From assembly GCA_024704765.1 (NCBI GenBank), contig JAKMXF010000334.1, positions 1 to 64,000 of the forward strand: 64,000 bases of DNA, written 5' to 3'. A program made the position numbers and the translations under genes. This document shows, piece by piece, positions 17,875 to 31,765 of the stretch. The DNA comes from Oopsacas minuta. Lineage: Eukaryota; Animalia; Porifera. Positions within the stretch are counted from its first letter, which is position 1; each line of letters begins with the position of its first letter. Under the pieces are notes generated by a model, which worked only from the letters and a program-made list of their open reading frames with translations, ran no database searches and had not been told where the DNA came from.

Positions 17875-20839
17875 ATGTCAATGTACGGAAATTCACAAGC
17901 AAACTCGTTAGATTTCGGTCAACCAGGCGGCCTCAATAAAAACAGAAAAATGGCTTTTGGATTTGGACAAACTTTTGAAGGAAATGAAGAAGATTTTCCA
18001 GGAGGAATGGGTTTATATTCTAGACCCACAATGGAGAAAGAACAATTCCAATATTATAACCAACAACTAAATCCATTACCAGATTCTACATATTTTGGAT
18101 CACAAGCTAATAATGCTATTGGTATGCTGACATATATTTCTAGTTGACTCGTCTTATAAGCTACTTGTATATTATAATCAGAGCTTAAGCCTCTCAATCC
18201 CTACTCAGTGCATAAGAGGCACCGACAATCGAACCACATTTTAGAAGGTTTTCAACCAGGGGTCTATGGACCCTTGGTGGTCCACGGACGACAGCAGGGG
18301 GACAAAGAACGTGTTCAAATTGGTATAGGGAGTCCACGGGGTAAAAAGTTTGGAAACTGCTATATTTCATCGTTTATATTGAATTTCAAATACAGTAGAT
18401 GCCGAATATAAGCACAATCCTCTGGAAAACTGGTCCTAGGATATTCCTGTATATTTATGCCGGTTATAAGAACATGTATGCTACTCCCAAGGGTGTTCTT
18501 ATAGCCAGTATCCACTGTATCTCCAAGTATTATCGAGGTTCTTTGAGCTTCCTTATAACGGGGGTCGACTGCATTTCATTTATCCTTTCATTTCTTTCTA
18601 TTCTAATAGGAAACAACACAATGTTACCTCCATTGTTAAACACAACAAACAATACAAGTAGTTCAATAAACAGAATTACACATACAGGACCATTATCCAG
18701 ACCCCAACCTCAACCAGGATTATCAAGTCACAATTCATTCGGTATGCCTCAACTAACGCCGGGTTCTTCAGTTATAGGCTCACCAAGTCGTGGGTCAGGT
18801 ATGCTCCTAGGAGGACAGGGACAACCCACACACGGATTGTTACCAGATACGGGCAATAGGAATGCAGCTCCTGGTATGATGAATATGGGTATGGGTATGT
18901 CTATTAATAAATCTAACCTCAGACTTGGTGGAGTTGGTATTTCTCAGCCTGGCAACTTCCCTGGAGGTTAGATATGTTTGTTTACAGTTTTTGTTTTGTA
19001 TCAATATTGTAAGGATATATTATAGGAGAATACTACAGTAAAACTCGGTTAATACGTAATACTTCTATTCATTATAATATGACTACCATTCAGATAAGAC
19101 GTACACTCGGATAGTATATACCCGGTGGGGAAACAAAAAATAGTACAATAGTCTTTTCCGAATATTCTTCACTGATAATTATTGATACAAGAATGGAAAT
19201 TATTCGTGAGGTTTGGTAACTATACGAGTATGCGTATAGGATAATTAGTGAAATAGTAAATTTATGGAATTGTGTGTTACAAAAACTTTGAATTAAATTA
19301 ATACAAATCTATTCAACTCGTTCAAATCCTCATTAATAATTAACAATTTGTAAATTAGGTCTCTCCAGCATAGACTCAACAGCTCAGAACTTAGATATAG
19401 ACTTCCCAACCTTGAGAGGAATGGGATTAAGAAGAGACATTCCACAATCTCTACCTAACAACCAAACACTACAATTTCCTCATAACCCAAATTCTCAAAT
19501 CGGATTTCATAATCAACAACACCAGTTACATCCTGTACCAACATCACAGGTATTAATATGGTAATCATTGGTCAAATTCCTATAAAGTGTGAAAATATCC
19601 GCGAAATATTATAGGGTACACTAATGGAATGGGATAATATGAATTTTGCTGTTATTCAAGGAAAATTTTGTTACTATACTTCTATACCTCACTGAAACGT
19701 AATATCTGCTTATATCAAAGTAATTCTTGCGGTTCTTTGAGCTTCGATATAACTGGAGTTACACGCATTGAAAGTAAATTATTAATGCTGAATAGTGTAA
19801 TTAACTTTGTATATTCGAAAGCTTCTAGAACATTCAATCACTTCTCCTTTTATAGGTACCAGAACCAGCAGCTGAATTCCAGATGCATCACGAAGATTTC
19901 CCCGCCCTCCCCGGTCTGAATTCAGACACTACACAAGACCAACAACACAATTCAGTACACGTTATATCTAACACAAATTCTAACGCTATAACTCCAGGAG
20001 CTGTTTCATATCAAACTAAACTGAATACTAATCTTAATGCTCCTTCAACGAACTTTTCTACAGTAGCTAGTGCTCAACTGAACCCTCCAAATGATAACAG
20101 AAATACATTACATTATGATCTAGCTCCTGGATCAGGCAAAGAGCGTATGACAAGTATTCCAGGGCCAATTGGACCGCCTAATAAAGGCATGAAGGACCGT
20201 GTACAAGAAACCGTCACAACTCTATCGATACCAGAAGGAATGGTCCGAAATCAATTCGGTATGTTCGGATTATTAACGTTTATCCGTGCGGCAGAGACTG
20301 ATAATAAACTCGTATCACTCGCACTTGGAAGTGACCTTACAACCTTAGGCTTGAACCTGAACTCTCCTGAGAGTTTATTCGCTTCATTCGCTAGTCCATG
20401 GTCAGATACACCCGCGCGGCCACAAGACATTGACTACCATGTACCCCAAGAGTATATTATAAACCTGCGGATTCGTGATAAGCTCGCTCCGATCAAACTG
20501 AACAAATACGGCGATGAACTACTATTCTATCTCTATTACAATAACGGGAATGATATCCTACAGATGTACGCTAACTACGAGCTACACACACGGAATTGGA
20601 GATACCATAAAGAAGAGAGGGTTTGGATTATGAAAGTGCAAGGCCTAGAGCCAGTTACGAGATCACAAGCTTATGAACAAGGCACATATCTCGTATTTGA
20701 CGTAAAACAATTCAAAAAGGTACATAGGGAGATGACAGTTGAATACAGCAAATTAGAAGATCGGCCTTATTCAAATATGAATATACCACCACATAACAAC
20801 AACAGCATTTATACAACATCCGCACCAAACCTGACTTAA
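17875..20839 (+). CDS. CNOT2: CCR4-NOT transcription complex subunit 2, exons 17875-18121, 18610-18966, 19359-19549 and 19856-20839
   Basis: NOT-box region NQFGMFGLLTFIRAAETD, LALGSDLTTLGLNLNS, FASFASPWSD, LLFYLYY and RNWRYHKEERVW, plus EDFPAL motifs. All three introns are GT-AG with compatible phases (1,1,0). Confidence 0.92.
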
Positions 20840-22099
20840 AATTAGTTTAATGAAAATCGTTTCATTTTGGGAAAAACGAATAAAAATCTGATCCCAAAAA
20901 TATAAAATCTTTCCTCTGTCGTCTATCAACAAAAAGTTAAAACCTTTTGTAAGGTTTTAAAATTCTTTTTATTTCTCACTCTTGTAGCTTTATCTGGGTG
21001 TCAATACTTGCTTATCAATCGAGTCTAGAAGTGTTTTGGTTCAATATTATATATTATTATTGTTAGTTATTGTGGACAATTAATAAGGCATTTCGGTTTG
21101 AAGCTGTGTTCAATGTCAAAACAAAATTATTAGAAAAAGAAATAACCTTAATAATGTCTATTTTATTGTAGTTACGATGAAGGGGGTTTGGTATGCGGTA
21201 TCATTCCTAGAACTTTCAGTTTAACTCGAGTAGATAATTTGGTTAATAAGGCTGTAGGTAAGGTGTATTATACCAAAATTTCTCGGACCAGCTTTAGCTT
21301 CTAAATCTGGTCTGGAGCAAATTTGGACTTTGGGGAGTTGCGGACCATTTTTGGCTACCAAAGTAGTCCCTGGTCTAAATAAACGCTGTTTTCGCCCTCT
21401 CCCCATGATATTGTGAACGAACCAATTTTTTCCATGATTTGTTTCAAATTTTCATCGCTTACATTTGGAATGACACTTGGCCTTCTCTATCTACTTGCCA
21501 CTCGATATACCTACCACATGCTGTATACAGCTTATAGAATATCTCGTTACTGTCCTGGCTAGACACCTATTGAAATAATTATACAAAAATTTCTATAATT
21601 TATCTGGTGTTACAGCCTATAAATAACCAAATATTGTTTAATTAAGAAGTCACTTCAATGGAAATTCTTACAATTTTAACTTGGAAGTTATGCGAAACCA
21701 ATAAATAGATCCATGCTCGAATTCTATTTACTATTGTGTTTGAGCTGAATCCTTCTTGGAAAATCTTTAACTGTTAGAAGCGTAACAAACCAGGGTCATT
21801 CTTTGGCCGATTACGGTCGGAGTTTTACGCTTGTAATGGCAAGGAACACTAACATATTACCCCTTCCCGCATCAGAAACGAGATTTTAGCACCTTTTCGA
21901 CGTCATAAATCACTCATTTTCCTGGCCGTATTCGGTTAAAAAATTTCAATTTTCGGATTGAGACAACATCCATTTGAAATCAGTGTTTCGCCTGTATTCA
22001 GTTATTCAGTTTATAACTGTCTGAACTTATGTGTCTCAATTAGCTGGAATTTACTCTACCAATATTAATATTAGTCATATTATTTATACAATTCTAGAA

Positions 22100-25000
22100 A
22101 TGTTAAAATACAGAGCATTGTCTTATCTTGACAAAAAATCCCCAACCGGGCCGGTATCTACTCCCTCTGTATCCAGGGCCTCCTGTGTGTATCTTGTAGA
22201 AGAGAAGAAAACAAAGAAACAATTCGTAATGCGTAAAATCGAGGTCGAAGATCAAATAATCGCAGATTCCGCGGATAATCAGTTCAATGACGTCATATCA
22301 TTTACCACTGATAAGCGTGTAGCACTTTATATGGAGTGTTTTATAACTTATAGCAAACTTGACTCAGCTTTGTTCGTATGTTTAATAGGGGAATATTGTC
22401 CTGGGGGTAGTCTCGAGGGTCTGCTAGCGGATCGTAGGGAGAGAGGGCTTACTATTGGAGAGGGGGAGATTAAGAAATGGTACGGACAGTTACTGGAGGG
22501 GCTAGAAGGAATGCATAGAGAGGAGAGGGTGCATAGGAGGATTAGAAGCTCTAATGTGTTTGTTAGAGATGGAGGATTGATATTAGGGTATATTGGATTA
22601 CAAATTGAAGAAGGTAGATATGTTTATTCAATATTATCTACATGTACACAAGGGCTTAACATTATTACCTGGATTCTCAAAATCATCTTTGGATTCCTCG
22701 TAAATCTCAGGATAATCCAGAGATCTCGAAAAGATAGGCCAGTATAAGTAAAAGTCATTCATAGGCCAACTTTTCTGTGTACCTTAATCCCCAAAAATAT
22801 GTGGAACTGTCTGTGAAATTTTTCAAAATATCTATTACCCCCTATCCATAATTCCACACACCCCCTCTCCCCCCAAAAAGACGCTATCTATAGATGTGTA
22901 TTATTAATTTTCATATATTTGCTTGTAGGTGACATCAAGAGAGAATACAGTTCAATTCTTCCTCCTGAATACAGGAATAAAAAAACAGATACCCATCACC
23001 TATCCTACAGTTATGATATATGGTGCTTTGGAATATTACTATTAGAGATATGTACTATTAATAGAATCTGTTGGAAAAATATAGTACAGTATCTGAATAG
23101 GGAAGATATTGATATAGAGTTGAACCGTGTGTTTGATGCGATTGAGAGTAATTACAGTATTGAGATAGTAAATGTAAGTACAGTATTCTACTGTTTTTGA
23201 GTTAGTGATCATTTACAGGATAATCTACCAACTTTACAATGAATTATCTGCTTTATTTTAAAATAATATTTACAAATTTGTATATTTTATGGAAATTTAA
23301 TCCATTTTAGGTAATCTCATCATGTCTAAAGCTAAACCCAATAAACAGATGTAATATCACATATCTCTGCTCTCTCCCTTTCACTCAAGATTGTCTCTCT
23401 CTAATATCCTCCCCCCTTCTAGCTCGTATCCGTTCCTTAGAGACTAACCATTTACCAATACCCCCCTCTCCTCCTTGCCCTATACAAGATATATTTCAGT
23501 ATATGAGAGATAACACTGATATACGACAATGCCAAATAATAGGATTGGAAAAATTGCTAATTTGTGTGAATTATTATAGTGGAAAGTTGAATAATTCTGA
23601 TAAGAGATTTCTACGGAATATTCTAGAACATTATTTTGATATAATGTTATTCCAGCTGTCAGTTGTTCGACTGTTTGTTTGTTCTATGAAAGATATTGAA
23701 GATAATTCTATTGATGTATTGTTAACACAGCCTTATGTTGATATTGTAGCGAGGATTTCTCTTCAACAAACTGGTTTGTTTGTTAAGTAATTTAGAATAA
23801 TTAAGCTACATATCTTTCCACTAGCCTTGGTATAGCTTTTTATATCTCTTCTTGACACAATAAAGAGCGGATCCAGGAGAAAGGAGAGCTAAAATGGATG
23901 TAGGATTATCCCAGACATCCCTAAGGTACTCGCAAGGATCAAACTCAGCCCCACTTTGACCAATCCTGGATCTGCTCCTACCATATTCTGAGTATCATTC
24001 TAGAGAATATTTGATTTATTTCTCATTTCGAGGAATTTTACTAAATTTCTAGCATGTCATTATTTCGAAAATTTTCACCGTCTCTTGTCAAAACTCTGAG
24101 AAGTGTCAAAGTCGAACATTTTGACTACAAAATTCTCGCTTATGATCACCCCCATCATTTTGTACTAGTCCCTTGACTGTGGCCAGATGGGAGCTTGCCT
24201 CGCTCTAACCACACTGTAATTTACAATTGTACATCTTATAGACACAACAGAGCTATTCAGTATCAGCTGTGTGTATTTACTCCTGGTATCACAATATGAG
24301 GATAATCCTACTATAATAGCTAATCACGGAATAATACAACATATATTGAGTATTGTATCACATAACAGTCAGGATACTGTATGTATATCTAGTGTGTGTA
24401 GTTTGTTATGGTCTCTTACTGTTATACCGGATAATCTACGTGCTATGACCGAGGTAAGTTCATACTTGTAATTTATACACTAGAACTCGGATAAGACGTA
24501 CCTATACACCAAACAAATTAGTGTGTGCTATTCCAGTGTATGTCTTATCCAAATAGGATTGTATTGTATGGAACTAAATTTGGGGTAAAAGAAGTAGAGT
24601 TCTACCGTATTAAGTTCTTCAATATAAAAACCTGTAACTATGTTTGTTAATTGAAAATTACGCAATAATTAACCTAATTAACAACTCCTGTTTCGCCCTT
24701 GAAAGCTAACACGTGGAACCTTACAAACACCTTAAAATACCTCTCTCGAATGCTATTAGCACCCTCACCACAGACATTATTTATGTAATCTATCCATCTA
24801 GTTAAACGCGTTAAAATGGACTATAGATATTACCAAACATTTTCACGACAACCCTTCAATCCTCTTACCAGCTACTAACTTATTATGGAGTTTATTTCAA
24901 GATAATATTAACCTTGCTAAAGCTTATTACTACGATATAGTCAGTATTTGTATTAATTCTATACACAAACATGCTTCATCACATGAACTAGGTGTTTCTA

Positions 25001-25287
25001 TTCTAAAACTACTCGTTTGTGTTTGTGGAATTGAAAGTTGCGCTTTTCAACTGTTAGAAGATGAATGTTCAGGCCTGAAGATTTTATTAGAGTTTATGAA
25101 GAAATATTTTGCACACCTATCAATTGCAGAGAAGATGATTGAATTAATGACTGTTCTTTTTAACTTTAAAGATTTGAAGGAAGAATTAATATCTTTGGAT
25201 TTGAGGGAGATTTTAACTAACTGGGTCGATGAAGTTGATAATCCGTTATTGAGTGAATTTATTCAGAAATTAGTTACAGAAAACTAG
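22100..25287 (+). CDS. STKLD1: STKLD1-like pseudokinase with C-terminal helical (ARM-like) region. Exons 22100-22613, 22929-23173, 23311-~23773; later exons are not fully resolved.
   Basis: Kinase fold with ECFITYSKLDSALFVCLIGEYC, similar to STKLD1 [21 protein letters not shown]. HRD is HRR, DFG is YIG, and DIWCFG is present. Helical exon fragments continue to 25287. Confidence 0.7.
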
Positions 25288-25534
25288 CACAGAGTTATCC
25301 GATCATTTATTAAATTCAAGTATACAGTTTGGTATATTTATGTGTGTTTTTAACTTATTTGAATATTTATTTCCAAGTACATCTATATCATGAGGCTTAA
25401 TGAATAGGAACAGGAAATCTTTTACGCTACGTTTTCCCAATTGGCACAAACATTGCGAATTTTAGGTACAGTGGACGCTTCATTTTGTCCTTATTTGACT
25501 ATGAATTCGTGTATTACTTCATAAATTTGTAATC

Positions 25535-25695
25535 CAGTGTAACATTCACCAAAAGGGTGTCAGGTTTGCCGAAAAATGCTACCCCTTTTCCTCCTTTGTG
25601 GAGGTTCATATGTATGGGACTAGGAATTCGTCTTATTTCACTCCGTCTCTCGAGGTTTCTTGTTTCCACCGGTCCCGTTTGTGGAGGTTACACTG
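25535..25695. mobile_element. MITE family B copy ending 24 bp upstream of the MICU1 start codon
   Basis: cagtgtaacattcaccaaaag ... cccgtttgtggaggttacactg. Confidence 0.75.
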
Positions 25696-25718
25696 CACAA
25701 TTGTGATATAGAATAGCT

Positions 25719-28700
25719 ATGGCTCTTTACAAGACTATATTACTCCCTCCTCGAATTGCTGAAACACTCTTGATTACGTCATCATATACATGCAATGCAA
25801 GAAGATATTCAAACACCAGATTCCATCAAAGCACATTCAACTGGCGTTTATATATAGCCAGTGGTCTGTGTATTACAAGCTATTTCCTATACAAGCATAA
25901 CTATGGTACAAATGTGTTGTGTGAAGAAGCATTAAATCCTACTGAAACAATGCCAGATAAGATTCAGCTTAAAACTAATGCATTTAAAAGACGTTATACA
26001 TTGAATTATGAGAATAGAATAAGAATGTATTCTCTTCCTGACAAGATATTCAGGTTTGTGTTATACTAGTAATGCATAGTTACGGCATATGGTCATTGAT
26101 ATGTTATTCGTGTTTGTTTGCAATAGCCCTGGAATCCCTGGTTGTCATGTCTGAAAAGGGCATAGGTCTTGGGGATCCCCGAATTCCTTAGAAGGGACAC
26201 TTTCCAGGGGAAATTTGCCGTTTCTGGCTATATTTGGTTGAAATTGTAACCCATATGACAGTCACCTTATTACTTGGATGAAAAATTCTATCATTCCTTA
26301 TTAATTTCAATTCTTCTTAGATACTTCGCTTCTATTCAAGTAGAATTCCCAGACGGACGTACAGAAGTATTTATGAATCCTGATGACTTCGTCCGGTCCA
26401 TTATACCAAACGAAATGCAGCCTACAAACGTAGATCTAGATCATTTCCATAAAGTCAAATCGGAATCTCAAACTCTCAAGCATTTATCCGCTGCGAAAAG
26501 TACCAAATCAACTCGATTTTTCCATACTTTATCCACAGAAAGTAACGGGCTGATCTCTCTATCTGAGTATATTTTCTTATTAACAATTCTAATGGTACCT
26601 AAAAGGAAATTAGAGCTTATATTTAAAGCTATGGATTTATCGGGAGATAATTTGGTAGAGTATGAAGAGTTTCAAAGGATTGAGCAGTTAATTAGGTCAA
26701 GATATTCTGGGTTGAAAGTTGTATCAGCTAATTTGAACAATACTGGAGGGTTAGGTAAGTTACGTCATTATTTCGAAATTTAGGATATATGCGAAGGTTC
26801 ACAGAAAATCGTAATGGTCCATTCGGAAAATTTTGAAAATACATTTAGATTCAAGGCAGAGGGGTTACACCAAAATTGATACCCGTTAATGCGTAGGTTC
26901 ATTTGTATGGTACAATAAATCGCTCTATTTATTTTTCACTTTGTTCCAGAAGTTACCTGTTTCCACAGCCCAGTTTATGAAGGTTTCACTGTAGTTTACT
27001 CCAATGCTTACGACAGATGTCGTGTAATGCTTATCTTGAAAATTGTTTTATGTTGTGGCCTATTTTAATTCCGAAAATTTACCAAAATTTTTGGCCAGGA
27101 GCAAGACTCCTGGGAGATAACAACCACTTGTTTTAGGGGAGCAGTAGGAGGAAATTGGGAATTTATCCACAGGTTAATACTTTTCTTCTCGACCTGGCCC
27201 CCGGTATGCCCCCTCCTCACTCATTGGCATGACATCTCTGGTTATGTAACGTTTCAACAACTCCTTACCAATTATACGATTTACTACAGATTACCAAAAT
27301 CTCCCAAATTTTAGGGGAATACTTGTTTGGTAAAGATCTTTCTAAGAAATTGAGCTTACAAGAACTAGAAAAATTTTATGATGACATCCATCATGATATT
27401 TTGAAGATGGAATTTGATATTTATAATCCTACCAATGGGAAATTGTCTGAATACAAATTCGCGAAATTTATCATAAACAGTTGCGATTTTAAGCAAGATA
27501 AAGTTGAGAAATATCTCGAGAGAATCGAGAAGAAATTCACCAAAAAAGTTTCACAAGGTATTTCCTTTGATCAAGCTGAATTATTGATGACTGCTGTGAA
27601 GGACATTGATAGTATTGATGTAGCATTAAATATGTATTTTATGGGTGGATTGTCAATACCTCAGGATGAATTCAGGTAAGAAGTTATTGCCAAGTTAAGA
27701 TATTACACCTTCAGTCTTGCTTTTTTCTTCATTCAGGTTGGCAAATATGACTACCTGGCGAATGCATTGGAGCACTCACTCTCTACCATTTATGGTACAA
27801 GTAGTGACATGCAAAAATACAGTCAACTCCCCGTTATATCTAACACGGATACATTGAAATTCCCGCTTGAAACGTAATATGAATGGGAGTAATTATTGCG
27901 GTCCCTTGAGCTTCGTTATAACATGAGTTAACTGTATATGGATTATTCGGTGGAGATTGCGAAAAATCCTATATACAAGGTTGATGAACTAATTGTCCAA
28001 AAAATTGTAATTTCTACTGTATGCAACTAAAGTGGATATCGCTGCTAGTTGTGCCAATTGTGGCTCGAATACTTTTTTGCCAGGTCCTTTAATGGCCTAG
28101 TTCTATTTGTTCTCTAAATTCCTGTGCGTCAGGCCTTTCAATTCTTTTATGAATCTAATGCCGCGTATATACATATATCTGCAAATACGTTTCGTATTTA
28201 TTAGAATTTGCTAATACATGTGAGATTCATTTTAAATAGTTATCACTAACCTTTATCGTATAAGATTCCTTATTGTACACTTCTACTTCCAATTACATGT
28301 CTATATCTCTAGTGGTTACAATTATTTGTACTTCTGGTTAGTATGTCTTCTGTTTTCAGGACGAAAATGTAATTTCAAAACTCTGTTAGTACAGATTTCT
28401 GGTTGGAATAGAGACATAAATTTTTATTAGAGAATGCCGTGGAAAGAAGGCTTAGTCAACAGCTAATCCATGAATATCTGTCTTAACATTTCTAAAACGC
28501 GTTAAGAATTTAAGACACTTTTTGGTAGCAAGTAGAGTCTAGATTTATTTCGGATATTCCATTTCTGACAATAGTTATAAAAATCGAATTTCTGATTAAA
28601 GTTCTACATCATTTTTATCAAAATATACCGTCCCTGCTAAAGATTATTTCAAACGTTAGTACACGTGGTTAAGACATCATTATACGCTCTTAGAACCTCG

Positions 28701-29037
28701 AGCAGCACCACCAGTCTGTCAGCTGGATATTTTATACTTCCCAAGGTGTACATGTTAACTATTAACCTACTTCTACTGGATGTATATATGTAGGTACGTA
28801 ATAAAGTGTATAACAAAGATAGAATTAGATGAACACTTAGTCAGTGTACTATTCACCTTACTAGACCAGGATGGAGATGGAATGTTGAGTAGAAAGGAGT
28901 TTGTGCGTGTAATAAAACGTAGATCAGCAAGAGGGTTTAACAAGCCAAGAGATTTCGGTTTTGCTAGAGCTGTATCTGCTCTGTTTCAATGTGGGAAGAA
29001 AGTTATTTCTATCAATTCACAGCCTACAGCAGGGTGA
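25719..29037 (+). CDS. MICU1: Mitochondrial calcium uptake protein 1 (EF-hand), exons 25719-26053, 26321-26754, 27315-27675 and 28794-29037
   Basis: YENRIRMYSLPDKIF|RYFAS...EVFMNPDDFVRSIIPNEMQP matches MICU1. EF-hands DLSGDNLVEYEEF and DQDGDGMLSRKEF. Splice phases are consistent. Confidence 0.92.
27818..27936. mobile_element. MITE family A copy in MICU1 intron 3
   Basis: tacagtcaactccccgttata ... tataacatgagttaactgta. Confidence 0.8.
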
Positions 29038-29371
29038 TTGGATATTCCATATATAGCAATGTCAATTATTCTTCTACAAATACATATTATTTTTTGTTTA
29101 ATTGGGCCAGCACTTTAATTGTGGTTAATTGGGTTAAAATGATTTGGTACCAAATATTTTAAAGTTACAGTTTCAGGAAAATAGCATTAATTATCATACA
29201 AACGTATTTAGTCGAATATTGTGGAGGCACTAAACATTTTATCCGCCTGCAAGAGGAGGTAATATTCTTTGAAATATTGTCATTACTAGCAGATTATATA
29301 TCATGATAATTACTTTTAGTGCTGAATATAATACTTTGTACTGAAATTCTAGCCTGTTAACCATTGTTGTA

Positions 29372-30574
29372 ATGTCACGCGAGGGTCTTGCTTTACCACC
29401 TCCCGTTTTCGGTTTAAAACACCGTCCGGCAGCACCACAAGCCCTACAGATACAAATACAGGTCCCCTGTCAAATTTCAAAGTACGTAAACGAGAAATGG
29501 GATATGCTATCTACTAATGCACTAGTTCAGCTTGTTAATCAATCAAATATAGAGCTATTACGAGTACTGGATATACAGAATCAACCAATGGTTGATCAAC
29601 CGCTAACCGAATTAAAATGGACAGCATTGACTCCTTTGACCTTTGAACTCGATATTTTACGAGAAGGAATACTGGAGAATGTGTATGCTGTGACATTTGC
29701 TGATGATCAACATTCTCAACAGTTCAATAAAGCATTCGAAGAATCTAACAATCGGAATTTATTGAGTTCAGATCAACTTTATCCATTCCTTGTGCCATTA
29801 ACCGATGCTATACAACGCGGTGATGCAAATGAAGCAATGAATAGATTCAGATATCTCTGTCATTTTCCAGCGGAGCAACGGAGATTTAGAATAGTCGCAG
29901 AACCCCCACTGACCCCAGAGGAAATAAAACTTCGTAACACAGTTAATATTAATATTACCGTTGAAAACTGTGAGGGCAATGAAGCCGAGATTACCTTACG
30001 TGTACCTAAGGGGTCTAGTATTGGAGATTTGAAGGAGATAATGTTTATGACGTATGAAATACCACCGGAAGTTCAAAAGTGGCTAGGCGAGCAATCTTTG
30101 TTCAAAACATCCGATTCGGTTTTGGAAAATAATGGTGAGCCGAAGAAGATATATCTTTATATACTTAACGCAGCTAAAGTAGGTCTTAATAGAGTAGATT
30201 TCATGCGTAGACTTGAGACAAGTAGGAATAATTTAAAGCAGAAAAAGGCGCCAGTTGTAGCGCCGCAAGAACTTCATCATCCAACCCACGAAGACGATGT
30301 GCCATTGCCTGCAATTGTTGACCATGTTTACTCTCATCGGGGTCCACATATGGAACATAGCAATCCTCATATGGGACAGAACCCACCAACGTCCTCTTAT
30401 ATGCCATCTTACCCTCAGGATTCCGTTCCTAGCGACACCCTCTCTCAAGAAGAAGAAAGCCCAAAATTTTTACCAGGGGTGCTGTGGACATGTAACTGTA
30501 AATATACAAATGCATGGGAGAGTATACGATGTGAGAAATGCAGAAATACTAGAGATACTGTTGTTAAGCCTTGA
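29372..30574 (+). CDS. SHARPIN: SHARPIN-like protein (PH-like, LTM, UBL, NZF), 400 aa, intronless
   Basis: LTM-like LTDAIQRGDANEAM. UBL IPPEVQKW...IYLYILNA, compared with human FPPAVQRW...FLYLLSA. C-terminal zinc finger WTCNCKYTNAWESIRCEKC. No RBR domain follows. Confidence 0.75.
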   Translation: MSREGLALPPPVFGLKHRPAAPQALQIQIQVPCQISKYVNEKWDMLSTNALVQLVNQSNIELLRVLDIQNQPMVDQPLTELKWTALTPLTFELDILREGILENVYAVTFADDQHSQQFNKAFEESNNRNLLSSDQLYPFLVPLTDAIQRGDANEAMNRFRYLCHFPAEQRRFRIVAEPPLTPEEIKLRNTVNINITVENCEGNEAEITLRVPKGSSIGDLKEIMFMTYEIPPEVQKWLGEQSLFKTSDSVLENNGEPKKIYLYILNAAKVGLNRVDFMRRLETSRNNLKQKKAPVVAPQELHHPTHEDDVPLPAIVDHVYSHRGPHMEHSNPHMGQNPPTSSYMPSYPQDSVPSDTLSQEEESPKFLPGVLWTCNCKYTNAWESIRCEKCRNTRDTVVKP

Positions 30575-31017
30575 ATATTTCTTGTTTCATATTGTCTGGA
30601 TTTTTGTGTCATGTTCGGTTGATCTACAATGTCTGAACTAAAAGATTCTATGTATACTTTTCAATTTCCTATGTTCAATTTTGTAGCTAGGTATGACTTT
30701 TGCTAAGTGCTATTGTATAATGAGCTAAAAGGTTTAATGCGATGAATTGTTGGTTGTCATTAGATGGCAGATAATGCTACGAATCTGCATACTAGGTTGA
30801 GCTGTGTGTGAGTGTATTTGTGGGACATTACAGATACTTTCGTATACTATAGTAATATTAATTACAGCAATAAATCTCCTCCAGTCAACTTTGCTCCCCG
30901 CGTTCATTTTTGAATATTTTCAATTATAAATTCATAATTTTGTGATATCTATTTACCGGATTTTTACTGTATCAACTGTATTTGACTATATACGTATTAG
31001 CTATAATCTCGATCTCA

Positions 31018-31203
31018 ATGGATAATCACACGGAACAAGCTACAAATAATACAGAACAGAAACAGACTGACTTAACATTAACTGACCATTTGAATAAGAA
31101 ACTTCTAGAAGCCTTCAAGACCGCATTAGATACACCTGGTAATACAATACCACAGACTGAACCTACTGATTCTGTAGGAAATGATGATGCATGGCAGAAA
31201 TAA
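31018..31203 (+). CDS. Putative 61-aa acidic microprotein
   Basis: ATG at 31018 with natural-looking composition and a central amphipathic helix, TLTDHLNKKLLEAFK. It sits in the gap between SHARPIN and PFDN4 on the same strand. Confidence 0.55.
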   Translation: MDNHTEQATNNTEQKQTDLTLTDHLNKKLLEAFKTALDTPGNTIPQTEPTDSVGNDDAWQK

Positions 31204-31639
31204 TTGCTATAGGAATTGAATTCACTTTACATTGATTTCGTTGCACACAAACAATTCTATCTCAATATTTACTGTTGTATATTTAGTTATGTTAAGTTTG
31301 ATAATATGTGATTAGTAAGTTGATTATTAAGTAAGTAGCCAAAAATAGCATTACTTTCGTATGGAGACATCTTTTTCAAACAGCTGTTTCGCATACTTGC
31401 GACAATTGTTAGTGATACGTCCCCATTACTTGGACATATGTTGAGTATCCTGCTTTGGAGCCGTTTAAATGTTACGTAGCATCACCAAGTAGTATGGAAA
31501 TGTGACCCCCTATTCTTTTGTATTGCAAAAAGAGTGATACAGTGGGAGGGTCTAATACTCAGAAGTTTAGCGTTATGTAAGTTCTCGCAATTTCTTTCAT
31601 TTCTTTGATACTTATAGATTTATAGTTTATCCTATACGA

Positions 31640-31765
31640 CAGCGGTTCCCAACCATTTCACCAGTGAACCCCTATACCGATTTAAGTTTGAACGCATTCT
31701 GCAGACCTCCTTCTGTCGTCCATTAATCACCAATGGTTTCATGGACTCCGGGTTGGGAACCGCTG
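31640..31765. mobile_element. hAT-like MITE with perfect 15-bp TIR
   Basis: cagcggttcccaacc / ggttgggaaccgctg. The 8-bp flanks ctatacga / ctctacta match at 6 of 8 positions (degenerate TSD). Confidence 0.85.

Noticed and set aside
21221-21960. Coding-looking fragments on the minus strand (MGRGRKQRLF..., YDVEKVLKSRF)
   Set aside because: All frames contain stops and I could not build a consistent splice model. At most this is a decayed remnant.
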